A DNA stretch of 54,824 nucleotides, filler included, from Dirinaria sp. TL-2023a (taxonomy: Eukaryota), in assembly GCA_051941275.1 (NCBI GenBank). It is 2 parts of 2 records of this genome, joined end to end, with 100 filler letters (N's around TTAATTAATTAA, not from the genome) between each part and the next. Parts side by side here need not be neighbours in the genome. Positions count along the whole stretch, not along the records: positions 1 to 27,363 come from JAVEBF010000143.1; 1 more part is not named here. One strand, given 5' to 3'. The notes beneath the pieces are model-generated. The model was given only the letters and a program-made list of their open reading frames with translations, was not told the origin of the DNA and did not search any database. Shown piece by piece: positions 1-13,451 of this stretch (positions are counted from its first letter, which is position 1; each line of letters begins with the position of its first letter). Position numbers and translations under genes: made by a program.

Positions 1-475
1 GTGTTTGGGGGGTGGGGAAGAGATATATAGGCTTGGTGCAACCGGTTGGAAGCGAGAGAGGAGCAAAAGAGATGAGAGAGAGATGTTCTGAATCAACTTT
101 TTGATGTGTGAGAGCTGTTGGCAAAATTCACCGGTCCAGGAAGAAAACTAGCGACCTGTTTAAGAACGCTAGGCGCATATTCCTCGTAGTTCAAGAAATA
201 TTTTGTATAGGCTACAGAATCCGTATTTACATTATGTACGAGATATCTTACATTCAGGAGATTGCGATACAGCGCTAAGCTCCGGTAGGGAATGTCCGGT
301 AGGATTTTTCCAGACCGTGGGGGAAATTACATCCAATTTCCTAGCTACTAATCGTAAAGAACTTGCCATGAAGTTTTGTGGGCGAATTTTCGTGTTTGTA
401 AGAGCGTAGCGTTCTTCAGCCATCCCATCGATATCGTGAAGGACGATCTGGAAAGTTTTGCATTCGAAAGTAAAG

Positions 476-514
476 AACCGCATTTTAGAACCGCATTTTA
501 AAACCGCATTTTAG
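476..514. repeat. 13-bp tandem repeat x3 (AACCGCATTTTAR)
   Basis: aaccgcattttag/aaccgcattttaa/aaccgcattttag at 476-488, 489-501, 502-514. Confidence 0.9.
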
Positions 515-751
515 ATACCAGGAGCGGATGAGGCTGGGTTCGAAATCGTTGAACTCCAACTCCGGTGTCTCCTTGAGCAGTTTCCTTGGTTGAGGAGCTA
601 TCCATAGATATTGTACGAATTGTCCTCACCTTTTGTAGGATTTTGGCATACTGAAAACATACCGTTTGTTGAAAGGGCCCGTTATAGATGATGGCTGATC
701 AAGAAAAGGCGATTATAGATCGAAATCAGACTTTTAAAACGGTTGGTCGCC

Positions 752-2245
752 TTATGGTGAACGGCGTCCGAGTTCTGCATCCGGCCCAGCCTGATAAGGC
801 TCTGCTGGTTTTGGGTTCTCTTGCAAGCGAGGATCTAGTCGATTCGCAGTCTGGCTGTAATGCGGACCCCCATGCACAATATCTTCCCCTCCCCCAAAAT
901 GGTTGTTGGCTTCGTCGAGCGGGACCGCTTTCGATGATTGCGGGTCTAATGAAGGTACCGACGAACCACGGCGTCTCGATCCCTTCATGGCAGAAATCTG
1001 AGGCTGAGACTGCGGTCGTGGGCTTGAGCTTGGTCGCTCTTGTGCCTTTCCTTGTTCGGGGGTCCCTTGCTGGGATTTAACTTGCTCCAACGGTATCTCC
1101 TCTCGTCTGTATTCTGCAAAGGTATCTCCACTGATTGGCCTACTTTTGGCATTGGAATCGCTCATAGTCTCACTTGGCGCTGCAAAGTTGACCATAGGGC
1201 GGTTGACGTCTTTCTCTGGATCAAACAATTGTGTCTCATTTTCGTCAAAGTCTTGTCCTGGATTCGCAGTCTCGTACTCGAGCACTTTAATGAACTTATA
1301 GAAGCCTGAGGCAAGCAGCGAGCCGAGTAGAGGACCGATCCAGTATATCCAGTGGTAACTCTCGAAGGTGTGGACGACAACACAAGGGCCGAGAGAGCGA
1401 GCTGGATTCAACGAGCCGCCAGTATAGTAGACGCCGCTTAATTCAGCAATGAAGAGTGAAAGGCCGATACCGATAGGGGCGATGAAGGTTCTAATCAAGT
1501 TCAGCCTTTAGCAATGACATTCTATGCTGAACGTACCCCTTGTGCTTCTCCGCAGCGAGCATAAAAATTGTGAATACGAGTTCGGCAGTCAGAAACATTT
1601 CAATGAAGAGTCCCTGCGTGCGAGAGGTACCAGCGCCCAGGGTAGTTCGTACATTCAATTTTCCAGGATACAGGGCACTGGTTACTGCTGCAGCGGCGAT
1701 TCCACCAACGAGTTGAGACACAATCACCAGGCAGCCTCGAAACCAGGGCACAGCCCCTACCAGCATCATTCCGAATGAGACCTAACCGTATCAGTATATG
1801 GCTGAAGAGACCTGATCTGAATTTGGCAGCTCACCGCTGGGTTGAACAGTCCTCCACTGATTCTGAAGAAAATCCAAGCATTGACTGCAAGGGAAAATCC
1901 GAAGCACAAGCTGATGTATAGTAACTGGGCCGGATTCGAGCCCTGAGCTATGGTTGTAGTTGTAGCACCTTGGGTCTGGGAATTGGCCACTGCAGTACCG
2001 GTGAAGGCGAAGAAGAGGAATGTGAAAGTGCCGACAAACTCGCCGACCATGGCAATAAAATGATTTCGTACCGAGTCGGGCCTAGGGAGGCGGTCAGCAT
2101 CTACTCAGAACAATGGCGGACAGCTGGAACGAACTTACAGGAACCCAATGAATGGCAATCTCTTTTTCTTCATCGACTGAACCTTCGCCCGCATGCCAGG
2201 AAAGACGAAGCCACCGGTGAGGTGAGTCGAAGAGAGTCTATCCAT
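752..2245 (-). CDS. Aquaporin (MIP family, orthodox fungal water channel), 4 exons
   Basis: Spliced translation MDRLSSTHL...FIGFL|PDSVRNHFIAMVGEFVGTFTFLFFAF; two NPA boxes (ISGGLFNPAV, TGGSLNPARSLGP); HWIYWIGP; long low-complexity C-terminal tail; GT-AG introns join ORFs 1766-2050, 1491-1769 and 752-1498. Confidence 0.93.
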
Positions 2246-3388
2246 AGCTCGTGGGTGTAGACCGGTCGAGCAACGTTTGATTATCCGGCAGAAGGAGAAT
2301 CGAGGAGCAAACGGTCAATTACAATATGTACATGAAATTCCACGACCAAAACGCTGAGACGCAAAACTTGATGAATGTGACACATGAGAGAAACGTGGTG
2401 GGGAGAAGGTTCGGATGGGCTGATTCACCCCCACAGCGTCATCTCATCATCACGCTATCGATAAGAAACGCGGAACACTAAGTATAGAATGTCACCGTCG
2501 GTTGACTGTCCATGGAGTTTGAAGAGAGAAGGAAGGAGAGAAGTGGTTCGCCGATCTAGGAATGGATCTGAATAGGTGTAGGACGTAGCTTGGAGGAGAC
2601 GTCGAGACGAAGCAAACCGGACGATCCATGCATCATGAGACCTGATGCAACCTCTACTTGACGAGTCGTCATATCCACACACCCTCGCTCGCCTCGGTAG
2701 TCGGTAGCTCGAATATGGCTCTAGCCAAGTTAAGCTTTGATCTACCCGCCTGGTCTAGGATAGCCCAATTAGTAGATACGCTAATGAAAATCCATGAACC
2801 CTCTCGAGTCCTCGACGCCCTCGACCTGTGCCTCGTACGAGTACCTCAGTCCGTACCCTGATTCTTCGAACGGTTTCCTACATGAGTCTCTCGGAAAGTA
2901 CAGTACCAATGGAAGTCAAGTCAGATAGTACCCTCTTTGAAGTATTTTTCGTACTGTCCTTATCCGCTTCTTCCAAATCCAGGCCATGGTTATCCAATAC
3001 GGAAAGTCTGTCCGTGCACGCAAGTGACGCTTCAAGCTGGACAACCTGAATGCAGGCAACGTCCGCCATGATTCCATTTCGCCACGGATGGATGCCGAAA
3101 TGTTTCGCGTGCCCTAAGGACCAACTTCATTCATTTGACTCTCTTGTGCTGCGAGGCTTTTATTCCAATGTTCCCTAGAACTCTCCTCCTTATCCCTAGA
3201 TACGTCTCGCCGTTCTCTTTGATGTCACAAAATCGTTGTTCGACCACCGTCCGAAGTGATATTTTTAGAAGGCATACCTTCCCTGTATAGACAGTGCCTG
3301 TACAAGACTGCTCAGGAAGTGAGCATCTTCGTTTCTCAGATTATGTTCGTTCCAAAGGCTCGATCTTCTCAGACACCAACGACAGCCT

Positions 3389-5555
3389 ATGGTGATGGCT
3401 CTGCAAACTACCACATTGTCAGCTGTGATCCCATCGTCCATCTTGGCCGCGTATGGTGCATCCACGACAAGACATGTATCAGCATCTATCCTTAACGTGA
3501 CCCCTCAGCTTCTATCCGAACGTTATTTCGATGCGAGCCGTCGCGACAATCATTCCGATATTTCCCCCGGCTATCCTCCCACCGGTTCGATCGCCAACAT
3601 GACATGGTCCTTTCAAGACGCGATGATGTTCGAACGTACGCATTTGTTGAGCATCTTATTCGGATTGAGGAGCACCCTTGAACTGTGGCTTACGCCTACT
3701 GGTTGCGTCCTCAGTGACGGACTGCGAAATTGCTCCGAAACATGCGTCCAACAGGACATTATATTCAAAGACACCTCAACCCTGGCAAACTGCATGGCAT
3801 TGCCTTTCATGTCGCAGTTATTGAGTGTAGATATCCTGTCCGAAGATTCCAAAATGATTGCAGACTCCTACGGTATTACTGCCAACGGAACCATCGCGGG
3901 TGAAGTTACATCCATCCTGAGAAGTTGTTTCAGTGCACGCTACCAGTTGTCGAAGTCTTACAAAGAAGATAATGATCAGAACTACACGGACACCATCCAC
4001 GAAAGCAGTCTGTTCTACGAAGGCTTGTCCCTCTGCGGCTATGTGGATAAGAATGTCTTAGGGGACATTGCAGGCATTGGTGTATGTGTGTTCCTGCCAT
4101 TTCTGGAGGAATATTGGCTGATAGCTAGGTTAGATATATTCCTCTTATTGGATACAAAGTGGAATCGCGCTCGCAGCCTGGATGCTGCTGAAAATTTACG
4201 ACGCTTGGGCATAATACCTAGTCGTTGCAGCACTTGTCTTGCCATGTGGGATATACTCAAGCTCAGAATGCAGCTAGGACGATCCACATGAAGGCTAAGG
4301 AGCGCGCCCTGCCACGGCTTGCTGCTGCGCTCGTCGAATTTCAGAAAGCCCAGTGTTACTTCATGATCGCTGTTCAGATTGCCGCAATGGTCACGATATC
4401 GGATGGTCGCCTTCAGTCGACAAGTCTGCAACAATTGTACAATAACTGGGTAGCAGTAGGCGTCATTTCCGGGAGCGGATTTCTGCCAGTGACATTCAAC
4501 CTCTTGTGTCTGCAATCGACTGGCAAAAGATCCTGGTACTTAACATTGTTATCGACAATCACCGTTGGTATCTCGGCTGCCACATTGTTCAGGACATGAG
4601 CATTCTCTCCAAGTGCGGATGCAGTCGCTAATCTTCAGGCGCAGACGAATAGCGTATCCGAGTGTGGAAACCATGACCCAACAATTTATTGCCTAGATCA
4701 ACACTCAGAACCCGGCACGATCGGTGGCATCGGACTAGTCACAAATCTTGGTATGAACACAATCTTTACTTATTCACTGGCAATCTTGTTTGTCTTATGG
4801 GTAGATATATGTAGATCTCGAACAATGTACTACCAGCGCCACAAGATATGGCTGCAAGGTTTCGCGCCATGTAAGAAAATCGTGACGTTGGTGGCGCTAA
4901 TGGAATCTGGTGTCGGTCATCTCTTTGAATCGATGCACAGAAAACTCCAGGTAGGCAAAGCCTCTCAGGGTCGAAACAGACTTCGCTGGATACAATTATT
5001 ACGGAGCTCCCTTGCTGCATGTGTACTAAAAGTTACGAAAGATTGGAAAAAGGTGTTCATTGGCTTCTTGTGGTTTGCAGTGTGGGCTGGATACCTCTTC
5101 TTGATGTTAAATTACTTTTTCATCCTATATGGTTCGCTTTATGGGCTGCTGGATTATTCATTTGGGTTTGGCCAAATCGTAGGCATCACAATTTGGATGG
5201 AGCCCTTAATTGAGTTTGTTTACCTTGAAATAAGTGAGTCCCTGCCTCTCCCAAATTTTAGCGTTTACGCCGTTTTTCATAGCCACTGAAACCGTTCGTA
5301 GAGGGTATGAAGGCAGCCAACTACCGCTTTCTGTCTCCCTGGACTCTGACCAGAACCGATGGAAACACTGGCACCAATGACCAGATGACGCCAGAGCATT
5401 CTCGGTATGAATTGAAGCCGATCAACAATGACTATTCGATGCGCGAAAGATCTCGAAGTGGGCCCATTTCCGGCTACCTGGCTGCTCGGGATGAAGACTT
5501 TGAAGACAAAGAAGAACAGCAGTACATGGACACCATGGCCCAGCGCCTGCTGTGA
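3389..5555 (+). pseudogene. Disrupted multi-pass fungal membrane protein gene (DIAGIG-IYxSY family of unknown function)
   Basis: Intron 4082-4133 joins GDIAGIG to IYSSYWIQSG; then in-frame TAA at 4212-4214, a frameshift near 4250 into the LVEFQKAQCYF frame, and in-frame TGA at 4597-4599 separating same-frame ORFs 4225-4599 and 4753-5289; late FGFGQIVGITIW motif; last exon ends 5555; start codon uncertain. Confidence 0.7.
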
Positions 5556-7179
5556 AATGCTTGCGTAGCGTTTGCACAGATGGAAATTTTCTTGCAGTCG
5601 CGCTGCGTATATAGGCTACTCAGGCTACGGATTGCATTTGGAAACAGTATCGATCGACAGTGTCTCTATGGACTCCGAAACGCTATTCTCAAATTGAGAG
5701 AAGCCACAAATTGAGACATGCATCATACTCGTTACCTGTTCGCAACACAGAACTCTGGGAAATTCTTGCCACTGAAACAATTTTATGCTGCCCGACGCTA
5801 GCTACACATCACGCCAAAGTTCTGGTGACAACGAAACGTTGCGGCATAGCACGACCTATCTCTTACAACTGTCTAAAGTAATTGCATTTACAGGCGTGGA
5901 TCTGGAAATTTGGAGCGCAGACTGATCAAGTAGGGGAGACCGGCTTGGATAGAACTAGACTGTACACTATTGATTTGACCTGAGCTGGCTGTCGCCGGAA
6001 AGAGTTTGGACTAAACACATCTCGACACTGATTGGCGGAGTTGACGGGCGCTGATTTAATACCTACCTTGCAAATCCTTTGTATCATTTTCTACGGAGAC
6101 TTACAAACATAGAAGACGAAATAGGGGAATCTTCACAGCCTATCTAGACCGCTTGGGCTTAACAAATAGCAATACGTGCAATGGCCGCGGCAGAGATAAG
6201 GTCCCATCGACAGATTTCCAAGGGGATCAGCATCAATATGGTAATATCGGATCAGTGACAGCCGGCCGCATACCACCAATACTCTGCTCGCACGCCAGCT
6301 CCTGGCACCTCACTTTGTCGCTTAGACACCCGACGCATATACGATATTCCAGCCTCTTCGCCTATTAAATCTATTGCTAACTTTGTCAGAGTCACCAATA
6401 ACTACTTCGAGGATACACGACGGTCGACTTTGACAAGGTCTCATACTGTATCAAAAGATGTAACGAGAGTGGGAAAATTTGTCTCCTGACAATTGATCGA
6501 CCAGTGGCTATCAATCAGGCGTTTTTCACTTCTTCTCGGCGACTTCTCGGTGACCGCTTGAAAGATAATGATGCTCTCGTCTGTAGCCAGAGCGATGGTG
6601 TGCAAGCAGAGTGGATGTGGCGTGCGAGAGAGAAGTAGAATGGTGGGTATCTATTGAACATCATTTGCCTGCTACGCGAAAGCCCCAAGCCTACGAGGAC
6701 GCGAAGTGACGTGTCAGTGGGCCGAGGCTCTCGGAAGTCGGAACATTAATCTTGGGCGGTACGAGTACAAGTACGGAGGACGACACAATAAGTCCTGGCT
6801 AGCGTCATGTACGCCAAGACCAGTCGTCCAGGTGACAACAGGTAGACTTTGCAGAGCCTAGGTAGCAAATTGGAAGGCTCGGGTGATAATATAGGTAGTC
6901 CCCCAGGCGGCTTTCAGTTGACCCCACCTGTAGCATTGACCGCGCTAGCCAGGACTTATGATGCCGACCTCCGTACCTTACCTAGAATGATAATCGAGAA
7001 CTTGACGTAAGGTAGCTCGTACAAGTACCTGCGGCCACTGTACTGTGACGACAGACGGGATGTTAAAGCAACTACCGAACGATCTATTGAGCTTTTACTC
7101 TCTTTTTTTCTCGTTTCTCGAGTCTGACATTTCATTCTCGACTCTTCTCTAACCTGCATTTCATTGATCAAGAACCATC

Positions 7180-8799
7180 ATGCCTGACGTCCAGCCTCAC
7201 CCTGAACATCCAGAAGGTGGGAAGAAATATGGAGCTTTCCAGACGGTAGCACACTTTTACACAGGTCAATTGGACGGAACCAGAGTCGTGAATGGCTGAT
7301 TAGATAGTTTGTAGGAGATCTACGCCAACGGGATCCTGAAAAATGCCTTACCAACCGTGACCACCAATCCCAATCGCCTCGAGGAACAAGCTCAAAAGTA
7401 TATGGGTGTGCGGAGCTACAATTATGTCGCTGGCGGCGCAGGCGAGAGAGCCACGATGGATGCAAACAGATTGGCGTTCCGGCAGTGGAAGGTCTGCTGC
7501 CATTGCTCTTCCTCTCGGCTTTTTCCACAACCCCAGAAGACCTTTTCGAGGATCTGTTATCGTGAGCAAGCGTAGATGTTAACTGCGCTGATTGTTACAG
7601 TAGTTGGTTCCCCGTATGCTGAGACCCACCACGCACCGCGACCTCCGTACGGAGCTCTTTGGCCAAAAACTCGAATCCCCCGTCCTTATAGCACCCATTG
7701 GCGTACAAACTATCTTCCATCATGACAAGGAGAACGGTGTGGCGGAAATGGCGACTGAGATTGGCATTCCTTATATCTTGTCGACTGCGAGCAGTAGCAG
7801 CATCGAAAGTGTCGCGAAATCGAGCGGCGATGGAAAGCGCTGGTTCCAGCTCTATTGGCCGCAAGATGATGAGCTCACCATTTCGGTACGTTGTTCCCAC
7901 ATCACGAACTACGGTGGTGAGTAGCACGAGCCAAGGGCTAAGAGGATTTAGCTCCTGAGAAGAGCAAAGAAGAGTGGGTATACCGTGCTGGTAGTGACAT
8001 TGGACACATGGACCTTAGGCTGGCGACCTGCAGATCTCGACAATGCATACGTACCCTTCGCCACAGGAATAGGAGATCAGACGGGTTTCTCAGATCCAGT
8101 CTTCCGCCGCAAATTCAAGGAAAAGTATCCGGATAAAGAAATCGAAGACGACATCTTCGCTGCTTCGATAGAGTGGGAGCAAATGGTCTTCTCCGGCGCA
8201 GCACATACTTGGGACCAAATCGAGTTATTGAAACGGGAGTGGGATGGTCCCATTGTGCTCAAAGGAATACAGCACGTCGAGGATGCGAAGATGGCGGTCG
8301 AAGCAGGGGTGCAGGGAATCATTGTGAGTAACCATGGCGGAAGGCAGTTGGATGGTGCAGTGGGCAGTCTGGAAGTGTTGCCAGAAATTGTTGAGGCAGT
8401 AGGAGATCAGATAACTGTGCTTTTTGATAGCGGGATTAGGACGGGTGTAGATATCATCAAGGCACTGAGTTTAGGTGCCAAAGGAGTGCTACTTGGAAGG
8501 TAAGCGGAGAGAACGGATTTCACTTCCCATATCGTTTTTCGCTTGCTAATATTGCATGGAAGGCCCTGGGTATACGGCTTGGGGGTTGGCGGTAAGCAAG
8601 GTGCAAAAGCGGCTATCAGAGGTATTTTGGCCGTAAGTTGCGAATAATTCAAAAGCTCTTTAGCAATTCGTCGATGCTGATTTTCCTCCAGGATCTTGAC
8701 CAAAGTATGGGCCTTGCTGGTATTAGGACCATAGCTGATTGCAATCGATCTATGATTCGGAGGGTACAGTATGGAGGAGACGTTAAAGCAAACAACTGA
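7180..8799 (+). CDS. FMN-dependent alpha-hydroxy acid dehydrogenase/oxidase (lactate 2-monooxygenase-like), multi-exon
   Basis: YNYVAGGAG, PRMLR, APIGVQ, WFQLYWP, LVVTLDT, VLKGI, IVSNHGGRQLDG, DSGIRTG motifs; ATG 7180, GT-AG introns, TGA 8797-8799. Confidence 0.93.
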
Positions 8800-9427
8800 G
8801 CTGCAGCCGGTCTACACCGGCTCGTTGGACGAAACACATCTTAAAAGATGAGACCACGCGCCTGCGATTGAAATGCAAACTATATGATCATGGGCTAACT
8901 ACCTTAGAGCAATTGCGGAGGAATCTGGGAAATGAAAGAGACATTATTCAAGGACACAGAATGCTACAAGCTTTCCAACGCATATAAATAATGAAATTGA
9001 TGACGTTAGATAAGCTATACTTGACCATTCTCGGAGCGAATCATCGTATACTTCAACTCCCAGGTAGAAACATGGGTAATAATGAACAACCGCAAACAGC
9101 TAAATTTAGGGCTCTGGCCCCCGCTTACCTAATGACACTTTCTGCACGGCCTTACGGTATGTTACCTTGCCCAGTCAGAGTCGACTCACACCTCGTTGAA
9201 GCTACTTGACTTATGACCCATCGCCCCTTCGACACCTCATCGAATACGAGTAAAAACTCCAAGTCACTGTAAGCCCTCTTCCTTAGTTTCTCCATCTCCA
9301 CAGCTCCCACTGCCTTTGAAAGTTCCCAGACTGATCTCCCTTGGCCGCCACAGAAACACAACCCTACCGTGCGCTCTCTCCAAAACCGCAACCTCCCGGA
9401 AAGCCAGCGTTCAGCAGTAGCCAAATC

Positions 9428-9839
9428 ATGGGCAAAGTCCACGGCTCCCTCGCGCGCGCGGGGAAAGTAAAGTCGCAAACCCCAAAGGTATATCCCCTCC
9501 GCCCTATCCCCCACCATTTCCTGCCCGATTTTCGAGCCCCTCTTAGGCCATCGTAGCGTCGCTATCGAGTGTCGAGGAGCCGTGCCGACAACGCTGACTC
9601 ATCCAATAGGTGGAACCCCAGGAAAAGAAGAAAACGCCCAAAGGCCGCGCCAAGAAGAGGATTACATATACGAGAAGATTCGTGAACGTCACTATGACGG
9701 GTGGGAAGAGGAAGGTACGTTTCCCTCCTGTTTACTCTCTCTCTACTTCGTTTCTCTTTCTGGAGATGGAGCGGATTGTTAGGTATGAGGAGGCTGATGA
9801 TTGCTGGGGTTACAGATGAATCCGAATCCGACTTCGTGA
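9428..9839 (+). CDS. RPS30: 40S ribosomal protein S30 (eS30), exons 9428-9487, 9610-9714, 9816-9839
   Basis: Spliced [62 protein letters not shown]. Confidence 0.97.
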
Positions 9840-10915
9840 GTGCGAGGTTTGGGTATGAATGGGATGGATGAGTGGAGGGAGGCGATGAGATGGGTTGGAG
9901 GGTGTAGATACCATGCTGCACCATAGGTTGAGGGCGGAGAGAAATATGTAGGGCCGAAGCTGCGATGGTAGAGTGTTAGCTTGCAACTCGCCTCTGTTGT
10001 CTACGTCTTTACGGGCTGGATGTGAGGGTTGAGAAGTCGTTTGATATCTGTCCCTTTTTTCCTGCCCAGCCTGCAGACCTAGCAATTCCCAAAAATCCCT
10101 ATATTTACTCCCTTTTATATTCCACCCCCCTCGAACTACTTATTTGCATACGCACTGCAGCCCAATATCTTTTTCTCCGTGGTATGACCCAATGAACCTG
10201 AATGTAGCTAACCGAAATGCCATGTCTTTTGTAAAAAAATTTTTATTTGCATGCTCTGGTAGGAACTGAGGACCTTTGATCTGCAAAAGGATTTTCTGCC
10301 TATATCGCCGCCTACACTCTAGACTAGCGGGTTTTATCCTGATATCTTGAGCAGCCAGCTGCACAGTTGCAGAAGCCTTGATCATGCACTCAACGAGTTC
10401 ATCAGATGAGTTGCTGGTGTTCTTGGGAGTAGCATCCGGCCAAAGCATGGGGGTCCTTGAGAGTGTGAATTGTGGTCCTGAATTGAAGTGGCAAGGGCTT
10501 TTTGGTCTATCACGCGACTATTGTTACATTTAGAAAAGGATCCGTTCGATTCTTTGCTTTCTCTTTAATCATCTGAGCGTGGCGCATGATAACCTCTTGT
10601 ATGGGGAGGGAAGGGTCAAGTAGCAGAGGTTTCAATCACAAGGTACGCGTGAATAGATTTAGTGCGTGCCCCAATGAGCAAATGCGTTTGAGAATCTTTG
10701 CTTATTGTGTTTTGAGTTTTGATTTTCGAGAAGCTAAAGCTATATGATCGCGCTCTATGGATGAATATAATAGCTAAATATGCAAGTGATCCACTTATCT
10801 CCCATTAGATAGCAATGATGCAAAGCTGGCGGGTTCTGGATATATGTTCGTGATAGTCATGAAAAAATAAGCAAAAGAGCGAATAATGCGAGGAGAAAGT
10901 ATGGAGCGCCGTTGC

Positions 10916-13451
10916 TTATACACCAGCAGCGACGGCCAACTCGATAGTTCCATAAGCCTCTTCCTGCCTTACGCCCAACAGGCCCTTCGTCGCCAAGGCG
11001 AGGATATGATGCAACGCCTGCGCTGCTACGATCTTAGTATGCTTTTCTGGAGGTAACAATTCCTCGAAATGGACGGTTGAGCGCCGGGGCTGAGGTATAC
11101 CGATTAACTCATCTTCGTCCTCCGGTGCCGCCGCAGCAGGAAATGGGCGATCCAAGATCTCCATCTTCACAAACTCGAGGAAGTTGTTGCTTTCTTGATC
11201 GAGAGTTGCACGCATCCATTGCGAGTCTGCCGCTTGTTGGGTATTCACTGCCGCTGCCGGGCCGTAGAGCTGGAAATCGTCTCCCGCACCACTGCCAGCA
11301 CCACCGATGGATATATTCGCGTCACCAGCAAGCTCATCGTTGGCTTCCTGGATGGGGAGGTCGATACTGCTGAAGCGCTCACGGCCACGGCCTACCAGCG
11401 GTGATGCACTCGTGATTCGACTGCGGCGGTCGAGTGAGCCGGGGATGACACCACTAGGTAGTGAACCAGGATGGCCGGCGCTGGAGGGAAAGCCGACCAG
11501 ACTGGCAGGGCCTCCACGGGCAATGGAGCCGCCACGGGCAATGGAGCCGGTGCGCGAGCCGTGGAGAGAGGCGCTAATGTTCCAAGGCATCTGGGAGGAG
11601 TGTTCTTCTAGAGCAGGTGGAGCGTGGCGGCCTATTTCGATATTCTGGATCGAGTGTCAGTTGATTGGTGTCAAACAAAATACAGGCAGCGCTGGGTAAA
11701 GCCCTTACGTCGTCGCCGACAGGGAACATGGTATCATCTTCCCCGATCAAAAAGTTGTCGCCACGGCCGAGCTGGGAGCTCTCGTCACCACGGGTGCGTA
11801 CTCGGCGTGCTTCGCTGTCTGACTCACGTTCTTCATGTTCGCCATAAGAGCGCTTACGGGCCGTAGTAGGAGTCTCAATTCCAGTCAGAGCAGTCATCAG
11901 GCTGTCCCCAGCAAATATACTGAGAGGGTTGTCCATTCGCGATCCTATAGAGTCTGAGCCAACACCGCCGATACCAGTGCCATAGACCCAGAATCCAGCA
12001 TTCTTCTTGGCGACTGTTGGGAGTCTTTTTTGCAGCTTGACGTGAGAGGCATGAACCATGTTTGTAGCATAATGGTTGTTCCATGATGCAAGATCAACGT
12101 TGCGAAGAGATCTCTGGTCATCCATCCCAAGAACCCTTGGCACCCTGGGTTTACGGCGAGCGGGAGCCTCAGCGGCGCTGGAAGACTCATCTTGTAGAGC
12201 CTTGGAAGAAGACCGGAAAAGTTCAGGTGCAGCTTGTGCTTGAGCTGCCAACAGCCGAAATGGTTCTGCTTGGGGAAGCATTGGCTCGCCTTCGTCGTAC
12301 CTTGGGATATCCAGATCGAGACCGAGATCCAGTGGTTCTCCCAGCTACACTGGGTCAGACGTAGTCTCGACGAACACTCAATTTATACTCACATTGATCG
12401 ATCCAGCTTGCATACCAGCTTCAATTTCTTGCCTTACTTGTGCACTCAATGCTGAGTCGCTCCCCAACCTCACTCCAGCACCTTGAGCGGGAGTACCAGG
12501 TTCGGGCCTATGTTCACCTGTTTCAATTATATTCCCATCTGCGTCAAAGTTGAATCCCGGATCTAGATCAAACCCGCCTTCATCTTCGCCTAAGATACTC
12601 CTCATATGTGCGTCCCGTTGCGCAGAGCTTCTATCTTCACCTAGAAGCGTAAAGCCGCCGATGTCTGCAGCACCGCCAGCGCTAGAGGAGGGAATCATAA
12701 GGTGGAGCGAGTGCTCATCGCTTTCTCTAACACTCGAATTGCTAGTACGTTGAGATGGCGGGGAAAGTATGCTAGAGCGCCGTGAGGGCTCTGTCGAAAT
12801 GTCCAATGCTGAAAGCTCAAGGTCGAGAATTGGCATGGCTAAATCCGGTACAAAAGCTGGATCGTCCTGGATGACAAGTTGCTCTGGGCTGTTTTGAAGT
12901 CAATTACGCATGTACTGATCTGACAGGGGCTGCTCTTACCGCGCCTTGCCCGCCGATGGGTCGAGCGCAGAAGTCCGTACTGCTTTGAGCAATGCTCTCA
13001 TGCTGCTCTGCGCTGTCTGTGCATCAGTCAAGACGTATCCGCATTGCTGAGAGTAGACGCGAGAAACACCGTAGCTGGAACGCAGACTGCTTAGCGGCCA
13101 CAGATTCACATCGCTGCTGCGGGCTACTTACAGCAAATTGCTCTGGAGTCTCAACGCCATAGGCGCTTCAGGTGTAATGATGATCTCGCACGTTTTGCTA
13201 ACATCAACTTCCAGTATGGCTTTTCGGTTGATTTTCTTCAAGTTCGACTTGGAGCCTAAAGTCGCTACGAGCCTGCAATTGTCAGCTTCGTCACGCGTCA
13301 TAGCATAGGCTTCTATTAAGCTTACCAGACCGTGGCGACGCCTGCCTCGCGAGACGTCAAAACTGTATTCATACCATGTCAGTCGGCTCGGGAATTGCAC
13401 AGTTAGTGAATGGGTGTTGCATGATGGCATACTCTCGTGGCTGTAGAACAT
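10916..13451 (-). CDS. rec8: Meiotic cohesin kleisin Rec8 (Rad21/Rec8 family), 7 exons
   Basis: Spliced N-terminus MFYSHEILTSREAGVATVWLVATLG...PMALRLQSNLLYGVSRVYSQQCGYVLTD (Rad21_Rec8_N domain); C-terminal winged helix VAAQALHHILALATKGLLGVRQEEAYGTI; the SNLLYGV/QQC signature resembles Rec8 more than Rad21. Confidence 0.88.

Noticed and set aside
10140..10448. 102-aa ORF between RPS30 and rec8
   Set aside because: No motif or splice support; probably a chance ORF in the convergent intergenic region.
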